From a virus (lineage: Duplodnaviria > Caudoviricetes), in the IMG/VR virus record IMGVR_UViG_3300013830_000002, positions 32,001 through 96,000 of that record: a stretch of 64,000 nucleotides of DNA; one strand, written 5' to 3'. Position 1 is the stretch's first letter. Every line of letters begins with the position of its first letter. Shown in pieces: positions 45,158 through 59,300 of this stretch. The translations under genes and the position numbers were made by a program. The notes below the pieces were generated by a model, which was not told the DNA's origin, ran no database searches, and worked only from the letters and a program-made list of their open reading frames with translations.

Positions 45158-48100
45158 CAGCATTCAGTTAATTTATCAAATAGTTCACTATCTATTTCAG
45201 CTATTGGTTCAAGAATATCAGCATATTCTTCCACCCAATCATTAAACATCTTATCAATCTCAGATTGTGGAAGCTGTGTATTTCCCACTATCTGATTGAT
45301 AGTATCCACAAAATTAGTAAGTCTGTTTTCCTCGATTGAGTATTGCTTAAACTCCTTTGAGTTAACAAGTTGCTCAAGTATCTTTCCAACAGTACTATCC
45401 CTGAAGTTTCTTCTTAAAATTGAGGTATTTTGCTCAGTAGGCTCTGATGGCTACTTGAAGGTATCCTCAAAGCTGGACTTACTAACAACAGTTATATCAT
45501 TTTTATTGATGGAATAGGTGCCTGGCTTTAAACCGTTTGTCTCATTGTCAATTTGCACCTTTATAATTCCATTTTCTAATTTAACGTTTTCTATAGGTAC
45601 ATTGTATTTGGTGGCAATGTATTCTTTATAAGTAACAAACCTATTATTTACGACATCAAATGTTATAAAGCTTGTATCTGACATTAAGTCATCAGCACTC
45701 CCATTTCTGTAAGAGGAGCCAAGCATTTTTTTCATATCTGTCATATAGCTGTTTGCCACATCATTCATGTCCTCAGCATCATCAAAATATGAAGAAAGTG
45801 CAGGATAAATATTTGGATAGTGCTCTTTGAATGTATCAGCCAGTGATTTTGGCTGCTCTCCAGAAGGCCCTGTTTCCTATGGTGTAGTAGTTTCCACAGT
45901 GACAGGATTAGTTGTAGCTTCCATTAATTTTGATAAAGGAATTCTGATTCCAGCTGTTCTCAAGTCAAGGTCTGACGTAAATAATGCAGGATTAGTACCC
46001 AGTTCAAAGAATAAAATAGTAGGCTGTATCTGTCCTTCTTTAGCAGCTGTAACAGTACTGATGTCTGTACTTGCTGTACTTGACTTCTGTCTACTTAAGT
46101 CTGGATTAATAAAGAAGCCATGCTTAAAGTAAGCATCGGTAAGCTACATGACTTTCTTTTGATGAAAGTCTTCAACTGTGCCATGAAAGATAAGATTAAG
46201 CATATCAAACAAGCTATTATCAATAATACCGTTTTTCGTTGGAGAAAGTAACGGTTTAGAGCCAGAATTTCCTGTTAAAAATTCAATTAAGCTTGACTTA
46301 ATCACATGCTCATCCACAGTACTGCCCTGACCGTCACTTGTATAGAATTTACAAGTCACATTTAATTTATCCTCTGGTGTAACGGCCATGACTTCAGGAT
46401 TATGCTGATAATAGGCAATTGTCTTAACCATACCAGAAATCAAAGCAGGAACAGCTGACCAGTATTCGCCCTAAGTGTACATTACCTTTCCTGCCTCACC
46501 TCCAATAGTAATAGTACCACTGTTACCTTTAATATCATTGATGAATCCTGATAACGACCTTCTGACAGCTTTTCGTGTATCAGCTGATTTACTGTTAATA
46601 TCAATATACTCATTGGCAAGGTATGGAGTTTTTGTATCTGTATGCATTAATGCAAGGTGCAATGAATACATTTTTGTGTCAGTACTCAAGCTCTCTCCAT
46701 CATGAGTATCCTTGTCAGTAACCATAGGATTAACCAGGGCATCAAGCATCTGCTTGAATTGTCTTGCTTTATCCAAAGTAATCGAAGCAAGGTTTACATC
46801 AATATCAGGTTTTGTATAAGCAGTTGTTCCCTTAAGGCTGAACCTTTGAATATGGAAACCGTTTATATTTGTATTATACCCTATCCTGAACATAGGAATA
46901 TCCTTACAAGTCTTTTCGGTAAATTCCCTAAATAGTTTATAATAGGAATTTTCCTCTATGTTGTCAGTATTGACATTCCCAAAAGTCTATAAGATTACTA
47001 CTGCTTTCTTAAGAGCCTCAGAAGCTTTTTCCTTATTCTTTTCTGTCTTACTTATATAGATATTGTAATCAGCCTCTGCCAGTTTGTCCATTTGCTCATC
47101 AGTAATATTATTATCTGATTTCCACTTATCATAAGTATTAAGCAGATTGACCAGGGAAGCTCTTGCATTCCATAATGACACAAACATTCTTATACCAGTA
47201 AAATTCTGTCTGTAAGGACGTCTATAGCCCCCTTCACTTCCTTGCATCTGACTTATAAACCTTTTATTTGTCATTTGTGAAAATGATAGTCCGTAATTAT
47301 TAAGAACTACCATTTTTACTACTGGTTTATGATGCATAGGGTCTTTGATTTGCTCTAACCATTTTTGTGCAAGCTGGTCAGACTTCAGTAAAGTGTCAGA
47401 TGTAACAAATATAATAGCCTTGCCTTTTAAGGTTCTGTCTATCTGGAACATCGGGTCATTCAAATCCCTACCTGAGTATGTATAAACAGGAGAAAATACC
47501 ATATTCGGATTATGGTCTATCAAAGTGTCAAGGTCTGTTGCATCCTCAACTTGCTCACCATTCTCAACTGGCTATTTGATAGTATCAGGATTAATTCTTC
47601 CACCAAGTCTTATAGGAACAGTTCTATGTACTGACCAGGTTGTTTCTGTAAGGTATTCAGGATTTACATTTCCCAAATCAACATCATAAGAGCCATTCTG
47701 TCTGAATTTTGTAAGTTGGTCGTTAAACCAGGATGTGTATCTTGTAGCTGCGCTGTTAAGATTATCGGACATTGACTGTAATTTAGCAATATCCTTTTTA
47801 ATTCTTTCAGCAGTTTCAGGTTTAATATCAGGAGCTTTAAGCTTATTCTACAAATTACTTATTTTTGCTGCCAATGACTTAGTCAGTTTTCCATCAGGTC
47901 TTGCATTTTCCATGAATGTCTTAGGGTCAGTAAGGCCAGCTAAGTCAATTTTACATATACGACCTTCATCGTTTTTGCACTCAAATACTATATTAACATA
48001 GTATGGAACAGGCTTTCCTCCTTCATCAATATTAATCACTCCGTCAAGCATCCAAGGAGCTTTTACACTATCATCAGCAAGTCTTATTTCAAGTTTGAGT

Positions 48101-51100
48101 TTTCCTGCTTCCCAATTTTTTCTTGAAATCTAAGACTGCACTGATGGAGGGAGCTCATTCCAATCATGCCCAAATAAAATAGCAGATTTGGTAGCATACA
48201 AATCCTTTAACAGAGACTGTTTATCACTGTAAGTATGATATTCATTTCCATCTTCCCTTTCAAGAGTTATTGCCTGTAGATTACGTAATACTCCTGTTTT
48301 AGGGAATTCTACTTTCCAAGGCTGTCTTTTCCCTTTGTGCTGAACACCATTTACAGTGTATGTAAATTCTTCTTCAGGAAGTACTGTTACAGACGTGACA
48401 GTTACTTTTCCATAGCTTTCAATTGGATAATCCTGCCATCCTTCTGCACTATTTGTATCAGGAATGACCTCATTGCTTTGCTCTTCAGTATCAGCCTGTG
48501 CACCCAATGTATGCAACACTTTTTCAGAATCAGTATCTATTGTCTTTGTGTCTGGGTCAGCCATATCATCAGCTGTAACAATTTCCTCTTTAGTGTGGTC
48601 TTGACCGTCATTAGTGTCATTGCCCTGTGCAGGTTGAGGTTCCTTCTACTTAGGTGCTTCTGGAGTTTTATCTTCTTTCTTTTGTGCTGTAGGCTCTTCC
48701 TTTTCCTCTTCATCCTGCTCGAATGTAAGCTGATTAAGAACACGTTTTTTAGCTTCAATCAAATCTTTTATACCAGCTTTAATGGAAGGAGCAGGGGTTT
48801 TCTGATTGGATATGACATTTTTTCCAATTATATCAGAAAGTCCATTATCAATAAAAATTGAAGCTTCCCTTGCACGGGTCATAAGAGTATACAGTTTCTG
48901 CAGCTCTTGATAAGCAGGACCAGTGGAATTAGGTTTAGTGAACTTTTCATCAATAACCACATAATCAAATTCCTGTCCCTACATTTCCTTCATGCTCATT
49001 ATATTTTCCTTTGGTATGTTTATTCCTGCTTCAATAAGTCTCTGTAGGTGGGCAGAAGAAGTACTTCCAATGAAAGCAATAGTAGGCATTGTACCGTCTG
49101 CCTTCTTTGTAGCTAAAGATGCCTTTATTTTATTTATGGTGTCTTCATCTAAATCTTTAGTAATAAGGTCTCCGTTCAGAACTGTGCTTCTGTAGATTCT
49201 GAAGTTCAATTTGGACATTTTAGCCTGAATTTTTGGAAACAGACTTTCATATTCTGCCTGAGTAGAGTAATTCCAGGCTTCAAGTACTTCATTTAATAAA
49301 CCTCTTACATCATCTTGATTTTGGGTTTTCTGCAGATTAGCATCCCTGAGTGATACAGACAGCTAAGGAGTCCTGACTGCCCATACAGAACCGACACCTA
49401 TATTGGAAACTTTATTATTCCCATTATATGCACCATTTTGTGCAGGGTCTCCTGTCATAAATACTTGAGCTCCTGTTTGTCTAGCATATTCACTTATAAT
49501 TTCAGCTTCTGCAGTGCTTAACTAAGTTGCCTCATCAATATAAATAACTGATGGAGTATCATCAATTTTATTGAAATGAATTTCATCTTTATGCAGCTCA
49601 ACTGTGTTGATTGCAAAAGGTGATTCAAATACCTTAAAGTATTTACTACTTTTTCCTTCAGGAACTTTCCTGAAGTCATCCATTATTTCCTTATATTGTT
49701 CCTTGCCTAAGATTTTTTCAAAAAGTTCCTTAAATGTTATGGATGAATCTCTGCCCATAGATTTTTGCATAGCTAACGCCTGTGTTGCAGTAGGCCCTGC
49801 AACAAAAGCAGTTTTATCCTTGAAATTCTAGTCAATTGTCTTTAAAACAACCTAAGTCTTTCCAGCACCAGCAACACCAGGAATAATGGTTACATTATCC
49901 AAGAAAGGAATGTTTGTCTTACTTTGGTTATATGCCTGTTTTACAATTTGCCTAAAAGTGTCCGTGGTAGAGGCAATGGCTACACGAGTATCGTATTCCT
50001 AAACTGTAATAGGAGCAATTGTCTCATTTGACTTTACTCTTGCTGCTAGTTTTGAGAAGAATGTATTTGGATTGTATGAAAACAGAGTTGCAAAATAAAC
50101 CAACTTGTCGTAGTCAGACATTGAATCCAGCTTAATTTTATCATTTATTTCTGAACTCTGCTGTCTTGCTGTCTTACTAATATCAGGAATTATTTTCTGA
50201 ATCAGATTACTCTTTTTAATGAATTCCTCAGTTGATAATCCAGAGTCTTTTAGAGCATTCTAAAAATTTCTGTGAATTATCTTTTCCATTTCAAAAAGAG
50301 GAATCTGAACTTCATCAGTAGAAGCCTTTGAAGTATCTATAGAAGAAGCCCCATCTATTAAATCATATTCCTTGTCACCTACTTTTACTTTCAAATCAGT
50401 ATTAGAAACCAAATCCCATAAAGCCTTATTCAAGATAGCATCTGTACGGGCCATCTTTTTGAGCTTGTTGGCAGTATTCTCATCACTGAATTTTACCCAC
50501 CTTTTAGCTTCTTCCTCATATTTATCAAGTTCAGAGCTAAACAATGTAGCATAATCATCCCTTAACTCTGGAAGTGGTTTCCACTCTGTCCTGAGCTTAT
50601 CAGCATGAGCTTTGGCAAAATCATTGATAGTTGCATTATGGCCAATAGGTGACATACCAGTTAATCGTTTAGTAGTTGCAGAAGCTATGTATGCCTTGAC
50701 AAGATGGAAATAGTTTATTGCCTTTTCTATGTCACTCTTTTCAGCGTCATTGAGTTGTAACTACTGAATATCATTAATATTATCATAATTATCCTAAATA
50801 GTGGAAATAATCTTTTCAAGATTAGGAAGGTTATCACCAGCAGAAGCTGCTACTTGTTGAATAAACTCTGTAATAGGATTTTTGATAGAGGTATTTATTT
50901 TCTCCTGAAGCTTTACTAGTGGATTGTTCTTGACATTAGCTACTATATTGTCTATCTGAGATTGTGCAAATGAGGTATTTTTGCTTGCCTGTTTAATAAT
51001 GGCATCCTAGAACATTCCAGCACTGATAGTTCCTTGAGCTAAATCTCCTAAGGTTATAGTAGCTATATTCTCTACCCCACTATTAAGTAATGCCTCAATA

Positions 51101-54100
51101 TGAGAATTTAAACTTTTTACTGTATCCTCGTCAAGATTAACAGCATTGCCATCTAAAACTTCCTGAAGTGTTAGATATGAGTCCTCCCCCTCATTAGCTA
51201 ATTCATCATTATTTTGAGCTATAGTAGAAATAGCATTTAATTCATTTTCTATATTACTGGTAAGCTATTTTACTTCAGTATTTGAAATTTGCTGCTTAAT
51301 ATCCTGAGTATTATTAAGCTCTGTAGTCAGTCCATAGGCAATGGCTTTCTACTTATCATTAAGCCCAGATAACTAAATTTCCCTTGATAACTTGTCCTTT
51401 ATTCTTTCAGGTAGAATATTTTTTATATATCTAGCTGTAATTGGGTCTACTTTATAACCAACTTTTTTAAGTTCATCATCAATTTTAGCTGCAAATTCAG
51501 CATCCAGATTTTCATTATATGCTTTAATTTTAGCAGCTCTAGTTGTCCGGCTGTTAGCTCCAGTAGTTTCATCAATGGTAGCAGTATTTCTGTTTTGGAA
51601 CTCTTCATCGGATTCATCATCTAATTTGTCATCCCAGCCCTTATATTTTTCTACTTGTTTTTGAGGATTAAATTCATCAGAAGTAAATAGCTTTTCTATA
51701 TTCTGTCTCCATGTTTCATATTGAGGAACTTCCTGTGACACTTGCTCCAAATGTGGATTAACAAGTTTTTCCACTTCCTTGTATTTCTTCCATGCATCGT
51801 CAAGCTTTGTTGGAAGTTGCTCTTTGACATAAATCCCCCACTGTTGGGCAGCATCTGCAAATTCATCAGGACTTAACTGACTTAATGGTTTGCTGTATTT
51901 ATTTTGTATCCAGTTTTCCATGTCCAACCCCATGAATTCCTGATGGATTTGGTCATCCATAGCAAAATTCATTTTACGAACATAGTCAACTGAATTTTCT
52001 CCTGCCAGAAAATCATCCACTGCTTTTTTGGCAGTATCTCTCTTTTCCTGCATTTCCTGTAAATTAGCCAGTCTAGCTTGCTATTGCTGTTCAGTAAGTT
52101 TATTTAAAGAAGTGTCCTGCAGAATAGGCTTACCATTTGGCAGGCCATCCATTGTGTTCTGAGCTTGTTTTAACTGCTGCTCAGCTTTAATCAGATTATC
52201 AAGAACTTGAGCAAAATCATTGTAATAATTTGTTAATGGTGCAATGTCCTTATACCTATTGAACCTTCTTTCAGATAAAACCATATTATCAAAAAGCTAA
52301 TCATCAGAAAGATTAAATCTATCCCCAACAATTACCTCTTCGATGCCGTCAATTTTATCTCTGACAAGATTGGCAACAGCTTGACTCTATGATTTTGATT
52401 CATCATCAGTTGTTTTCCAAGTCAAATTATTGTCATCACCTACTTCATACTCTGTAGCAGAAAGTGATTTACTTGCACCAGTTTTTCCTTCTTTTTGTAG
52501 CTAATCAACTTGGTCTCTAAGCTCATCCGCATGACCATTTCTAATTAAAGTAGCAAAATCCTTATCAAGGTTTCTTGACATTGCTCCTGGATTTTGAACA
52601 GCTTCTACGCCATAGAATAATCCTCCACCAGCAGCACCACCTGAGAAGTCCATTAGATACTTTTCCTGCCAGTTATCCCAAGCACCAACATCTTTGGCAG
52701 AAGTATCAAACCCAAACTTGCCTGCAAGTTGATAGGTTTGCTTGGCAAGGTCAGCAATAACATCCTCACCAACCTCTTCAATACCTTCACCAAAAGATTT
52801 TTCGGCAAAATTAGTAGTGTGATACTTTACATCTTCAAGAAATTTTCCAAAGCCTTTCTTACTAACATCAGAAGCTTTATGAATTAGCTTCAGAAATTTG
52901 TTTCTTTCAGGAACACTAGCTGTTTGAATAGCATTAAATGATTCTCTAGCTTTTGCAAACTCATCCTTGACTGCTTTTCTTGCAGCCTTTGTTACATCGC
53001 CAGTGGCATCGTCAAAAAACAATTCACCAATACCAGTTTTATCAAATTTGTACATTCCAAGAGTACTTCCCAATGCAACTGCAGCTGCATCAAGTTTAGA
53101 AGCACCGTGGTCAAGCATATCCTGATATACGTCTGTATTGCTTACAATTGCCATATAAGCAAGGGATAAATCTCTTCCAAGCTGGCCTGATTTAGCAGCT
53201 ATTTTTTCTGCTTCAGGCATAAACTTATTCAAGCAAGCTTGTCTAAGCTCCTCACTTGGACCAAGTTCAGCAGCTTTTGCCATATACAGATTTGCAGCAT
53301 TTTCCTGTGCTTCCTTAATAGCTTCAGGGCCAGCTTTTTTAAGCTTATTAAATGTGTTGGCAATTACTTTTTGTTGCCCCCATTGAACAGCTACATCAGC
53401 CATCAGGTTTCCAAAATTCTCAAATGAGAAGGCATTTTGCTGAGCATAGTCAGACGTAGAAGTTGTCCCTGCCTATGCTTTAGCAGCAATGGTGTTTATC
53501 CATGAAGGAGTTTCTGAGTCTGAAAAAGCAGTAACCATTCCATAAAGCATTGGCAAGGATTTAGCCATTTCACGACCAATCAATGCAGCGGAGTATACTG
53601 TACCAGCAGGCCCCATGAAAAGTGGTGCAACTGCTGCAATGCTTTTTGCAATAGTTCCTGGGATTGACTTCTCCAAATCATCTGAATCAAAGAAATCATA
53701 TTTGTTTAATCCCTTTCCATCAACAGTAAGAACATCTGTTGCTGCCAGTACATCCTTTCCAAGAGGAGACCTTCCTCCAAGGGTTTCATAATAATATGTA
53801 CCCTCATTGTTAAGCTTTGGGTCTCCTTTTTTATGTTCCATTGTCTCGCCTGTAACAGGGTCAATGTGTGTACCATCATTATCCCATGTAGCAAGTACAA
53901 GAGGGTCTTTAGTAAACATGTCTTTCAGGAACTCAAGTGGTTGCTCAAATAAGGCATGGTCATTTGGTGAGTAATTCTCATACTTTCCAGTAGAATAATT
54001 GAATACCTTACTATTTTCAGCAATTTCCCTTCTACTAAGTTCAGGGTCTGACACTATGTTTACTCCCTCAATACCAATGGCCTGCCTATCAGGATTATAA

Positions 54101-54438
54101 CCTCTTTTTACAGAAAAATGTACATCAACTACAGGAGTCTCATTAGTTCTGTCTATGTCAAACATGTCTAGTGCAGGCCCCTTATAGTAGTCACCTTTTT
54201 GGAACTCCCCAAACTCCGATACCTTCTTTTTATAGAAGGTATCGAATTTTGATTTAGAAAACTTGCCGTTTTCATCCTTAAAGGCATCGTTGTTTTTAAT
54301 GAAATTTGACTTTAGATATTCATCCTCACTGAGAAGCTGAGTATTATCTACAGTCATATCAGCAATATTGCTGAAATCTTTGACAGTGAAATCAGGATTG
54401 TTAAGTCCTGCAACTATCCAATCGTTTGCCTTTGCCAT
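45157..54438 (-). CDS. ~3093-aa virion/ejected protein with SF1 helicase-like domain (TAG=Gln)
   Basis: All pieces from 54438 to 45768 share one frame; PGVAGAGKT, YIDEAT, TGDPAQ, *GQEFDYVVID, LYTLMTRA; ends KLTEC-TGA. Confidence 0.87.
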
Positions 54439-54446
54439 AGTTTATA

Positions 54447-56381
54447 TTAATTATTAAGTACATCTGAAGAATTTCCTGCTGCCCTGCCATCCCTGACATA
54501 CCATTTATTTTGATTCCTTCTTTCCATTTCAGAAGCTTCATCATAATAATCAAGTTTCTGTCCATCAGTTCTAGCTGCAGTGACAACACTGTCATCAATA
54601 GGAATGTAGATTGCTGCCTTATACACTTTATCGTAATTATAGCCAGCCCGTTCAACAGGATTCCACCAGTTCTTTTCATCAATGTCAGGAACATTAAGTT
54701 TCTTTCCATCAGCTGTTTTAGTAGCTAAGCTATCCTTGATAAGCTATACTGCAGAATCAGTATCTCCTCTGTACTCTTTAACAAATGAGGAATCTTTGAC
54801 TCCAGAAAGTTTATCTGTAGTGTAGCCCTCAGTTACCAAGAATATTCCGAATTTATGCTCATTAAGACTTCCATCAGCCTTGAATACATCATACAAACCG
54901 TATTTTCTTGCCAGAGCATTTTTCTGAGTAGTGCTCATTCTCGGACTAAGAGCTAATTGAGCTTCAAATTTACGATATTTGTCAAGCAAACTAAAATCAA
55001 CACTTCCATCACTCTTGATAGGAAGAATTGCCCTTGTTATACCGGTATCGTTATATGTAATATTTTTGAGTTTATCAGGAGATATTTTCTGGTCTCCAAA
55101 TGTGATACTCTGATTATTTTTGACCAAATTAGCAATGCCTGATTTAGTCATCATATCACGCAAAGAAGTATTTCCTACTGCCTTACCATCAAGGTCAGTA
55201 ACCATACCCCAGGTTTTTCCTGTAACGGACATTTGTACTCCATCACCTCTGTCAACTGTGATAGGCTGTTCAACACCTCCGATACCTTTAACAAATTCTA
55301 TAAGCTAAGAGTCCTTAAAGTTATCCATGCCTTCATTGTCTTCAGAGCTTTTTCCTGACTTTCCTTTCTTACCTGATTTTGTACCATCATCATGTGCAGT
55401 AAAATCAAGGTCAAATTGCGTAGTAGTACTAAGCTGTGAAGCTATCAGTGTTTGTATTAGTTTTTTTGCACCTTCATCAGTTAAGTCCGACTTTGACTTC
55501 AGAAGAGCTTTTGCGTTGACTGGAAGTGTATTGTATATATAGGCAAATGCCTCTGCTGCCTATTGCTTTTGGTCTTTGGTAAGATACTTTGATTTATAAA
55601 GTTCATTTACTGTTCCATCATAGGTTTGTCCATCAGCTTCTTGAACAGCTTTTGCAAAATCTTTAAGTCCACGAATTATCCTGCCTTGCTTTGTACTAGT
55701 GTAACCTTCCTCTGAAGCTTCAGAAGTTCCAAGTTTTCCAAGGGCTTGATTAATCATGTTTGTAACAGTCTCCATTCCTATACCATTTTGTACTACAGAA
55801 AGAAGCTGATTTTTGTTGGCTAAAGTAACATCCTGAGCACGTTGATAAAGAAGCTCTGAATTAGTAAGTGGAGTGTATTTTCCACTTGATTTTCTGAGTT
55901 CTTCAGGGGTCATTGTTTTGAATTCACCCTTTTTGTTCATACAGATAAACTATCCTCTGTCAGTAATAGCATACTCATTTAAACCACCTTTTGACTCAAC
56001 ATGTTTATAAGCATTATCATATTCCTACTTGTTAAACTTGGCAACTTTAAGTTGATTAATGATTCCTAAATATCTGACGGCAATATTGGAAGTGTTTATT
56101 GTATTTCCACCCAGACCAGGTAAATCATTGGACAAATAGAAGTTTTGCAGCTTGTTTGTCAAAACAGCCATATCACTTGGAAGGCCATCCATATCTTTCA
56201 ATAGCTGAACAATGTCTTTATCAGTAAGATTTTCAGATTTTCCTGAAGAAGATGACTTTGATGATTTATCAGAGTCACTTACTGCAACATTTTCTGAAGC
56301 TGTTGAAAGTGGTGTATAAACAGCATAAGGAGGAGTCCATGCTCCCCCTTGCTGTAATTTTTCAATAAAATTCAGTTTCAT
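54447..56381 (-). CDS. 644-aa putative internal virion protein (TAG=Gln)
   Basis: Pieces 56381, 55940 and 55232 in one frame to TAA at 54447; starts MKLNFIEKLQQGG. Confidence 0.82.
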
Positions 56382-56382
56382 T

Positions 56383-59300
56383 TTATTTAGTTTTCATTCC
56401 TCTGATATAATCACGTGCAGTCTTGACAGAACGGTCTTGGTCTTTTTGATAGTTTTTCATTCTGTCTTTTACTGCGTTCTAAAAAATCTCTAATTTTTTA
56501 ACCCTTCCACGAAGTTTCTAAATAGCAACTTTTTCAGGGTCTCCAAACACTCCACCTTGCCTTGCCGAAGCCACTTCAGTACTTAATTCTGTAGGAGTAT
56601 ATCCTGTACCTCCTGTAGGAGCAAATGGATGATATTCAAACCCCCTTGACTTATAGTAGAGCTGCAATGATTTATCTTTGATTGCAGACATAATAGATAT
56701 ATATCTATTACGTTCATCATCAGTGAGGGTTTCAGATTTCTTCTTTCCTGTCATTATGTCATTGACAAGTTGCTGGTCAGCTTCTGTAGCAGGAGCACCT
56801 TGAACCATAACACCATATTGAGACAAGTTTGCAGTAACGGCATTTTGAATATTTGACTTGTTAAGAGCATCTGCTGTTGCCTGATTTTCAACTTGCTTAT
56901 TTCTTGCTTCCTGCTCGAATTGTGCAAGAAGTCCGTTAAGGGATTCATAATTTGCTCTCTTATAAGCAGCAAGTGCTTGTAAATCAGAAACTTGCTTATT
57001 AAATATATTAGTTCTATTAGTCATTGCAGTTTGCCATCTGTTATCATGGTTAATCATTTCCTGCTGGACTTGTCGGTTACGTGTATCTTGCTGAGCTGCC
57101 CAATCCTTATCATAACCTTGGTTTACATAATCGTTACCTTTCATAGCAGCTTCAAGATTACCAGCAGTATATTGTTCACCACTTGAAGTTACCGGAATCG
57201 AAGCCATGTGCTGAAGGTTTCCACGGTTTGCATATCCGTTCTGAACAGCAGTCTGATTGCCCATTACCCAAAGCTAATCTTCTTTAGGGTCTTTAAGCAA
57301 AGTTGGTAATCTTCTTGCTATATCAAGTTGTTGCTTGTTATGGCTTCTTGATGCTAAATACCTGCTGAAAGCAAGCATGTTAGGAAGCAATCCTCTTACT
57401 TCAGCAGCAATGTTCAATGGAGACTTTGCTGGAGTTTTCTCCTGTTCAAGAACTTCTTCGGTCTTCTTTGGGCCAGAAGGAGTTCCATCTTCTGGATTTG
57501 ATGGGGTAGAAGGTGAATTGGGACTTGCTGGAGTTTTTGAATATAATCGTCCAGTAGGGTCTTTCACTATTTGCCCTAAAAATTTAACTACATCTGCTTG
57601 TTCAGGAGTAGCATATTTTTCTAAATTAGGAATAACATCCTAATCAGTAATATCAATACCTCTCTGAGCAGTGGTTCCACCATTCCAAGATTCCTGTTTT
57701 TCTGAGTAACCAAATACTTTATGTTCTGGATTATCATCCACAGGACTGTCATTAGCAGTAGAATAAATGCTTCTGTGAGTTCTATTGAAATCAGTAACTT
57801 CCTGACCATGTCTATAAGCATTTTCACCGCTGTTTTCTGGCAGTGACATGTCATGCTTATACTGATACATACTGTCAATACTGTTATTATAGTTTGCAAG
57901 CAATTGGTCAATAGTACCCTTAGGATTATCTTTGAGCCATTTCGAAGCATAATTTAATAAAGCAACTTCACGAGCTCCAGGAATAGCCTGCCATTTAGCC
58001 CTTGCTACATCAGTGTTTTTTTGAGCATTTGTATAGTCAGAATTTTCTCTGTTTACTGTAGGCCACAGATTAGTATCCCTTGCGTTGTTTCTTGCATTTT
58101 TTATTCCAATGATATTTACAGGACTAGAACTTCCATACTCAGAACCTCTGGTATCAAAAAGATAGGGGCTATAACCAGTACCATAATTCCTTGGACCACT
58201 ATACTAAATTCCTGCCTTATTCATAATTTTGTCAGCTTGCTGAGCAAGGGAGGCAGTTGCTTTATTCCAATCAACCTTTCCATCTTGTCCAAAAATAGAA
58301 TCTTGGTTTTGCTATTGCTGCTGCTTTTTAAACTCATCAGTATTTACTCCCCACTAAGCTTTAGCAATTTGTCTTACTTTTAAAAACTTTCCTCCTTTTT
58401 TCTGATATTTGATTCCAAAGAAATTATTAGCAAAGAAATCCTAATAAATTTGTCTTGTATCATTAGGATTTTCCCTCATCATTCGAACAATATTTTCTAA
58501 GTCTTCTTCTGTTAAAGGCTTTCCTGTCTTAGGGTTAGTAGGAGTAATCCTAAATCCATGTGGATTCATTATTCTTCTAGCAGTTTCGGCAGGATTAAAG
58601 TGAGGGTTAGCTTGGGGTTGCTGTTTGGGTTCCTAAGCAACAACTGTAGCAGGCTTAGGAGTTGGCACTGACTCATTAGCTAAAGTAGAACTAGGAGTAG
58701 GCTCAGGAGCTGAAGTAGAACTAGGAGCAGGTTTAACAGCTGCTGTAGGCAAACCTACGTCATCAATAATATCAGCCCTATTTTGTGCAGCTTTTACAGC
58801 TCCATTAAATCTATATAGTCTTCCATATTTTTGCCTTAAACCAGCAAAATCAAGATACTCTGTTTCTCTGACTGCTCCAGGTTTTATTTTGTCAGTCTTA
58901 ACGGCTTCTCTGTTCCAAGGAAGTTTACTCTTCCATCCAGTAACACCTTCTTTAGCCTATGTCCCAGTTTTTACTGAATTGGATAACACATCATAGTCTT
59001 GATAAGAATTATGGGAATGAATAACATCATTTACAGTCTTAACATCCTTCGCTTTTTTTAAAGCCTCAACATCTTTTTTTCCTGTAAATAATAAAGTTTT
59101 ATTTTCCCCGTTTTTATTAGTAACATGTACTCGTACAGCACTTGTGGAGAACCCATTTCTAGCTTGTTTGGTAGCCCTAGTGGTACGATATATATTGCTT
59201 CCTCCAAGAGCAAGTGTAATTAAAGTTCCTATATTTCTCCAGTCCTATACAGTCATTTCATTCTATGGGCCTGGTTTTCCTATTTTACTAAGGGATTTTG

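Noticed and set aside
58640-58745. Direct repeat AGTAGAACTAGGAG x2
   Set aside because: Encodes a Pro/Ser/Thr linker; not a CRISPR or regulatory array
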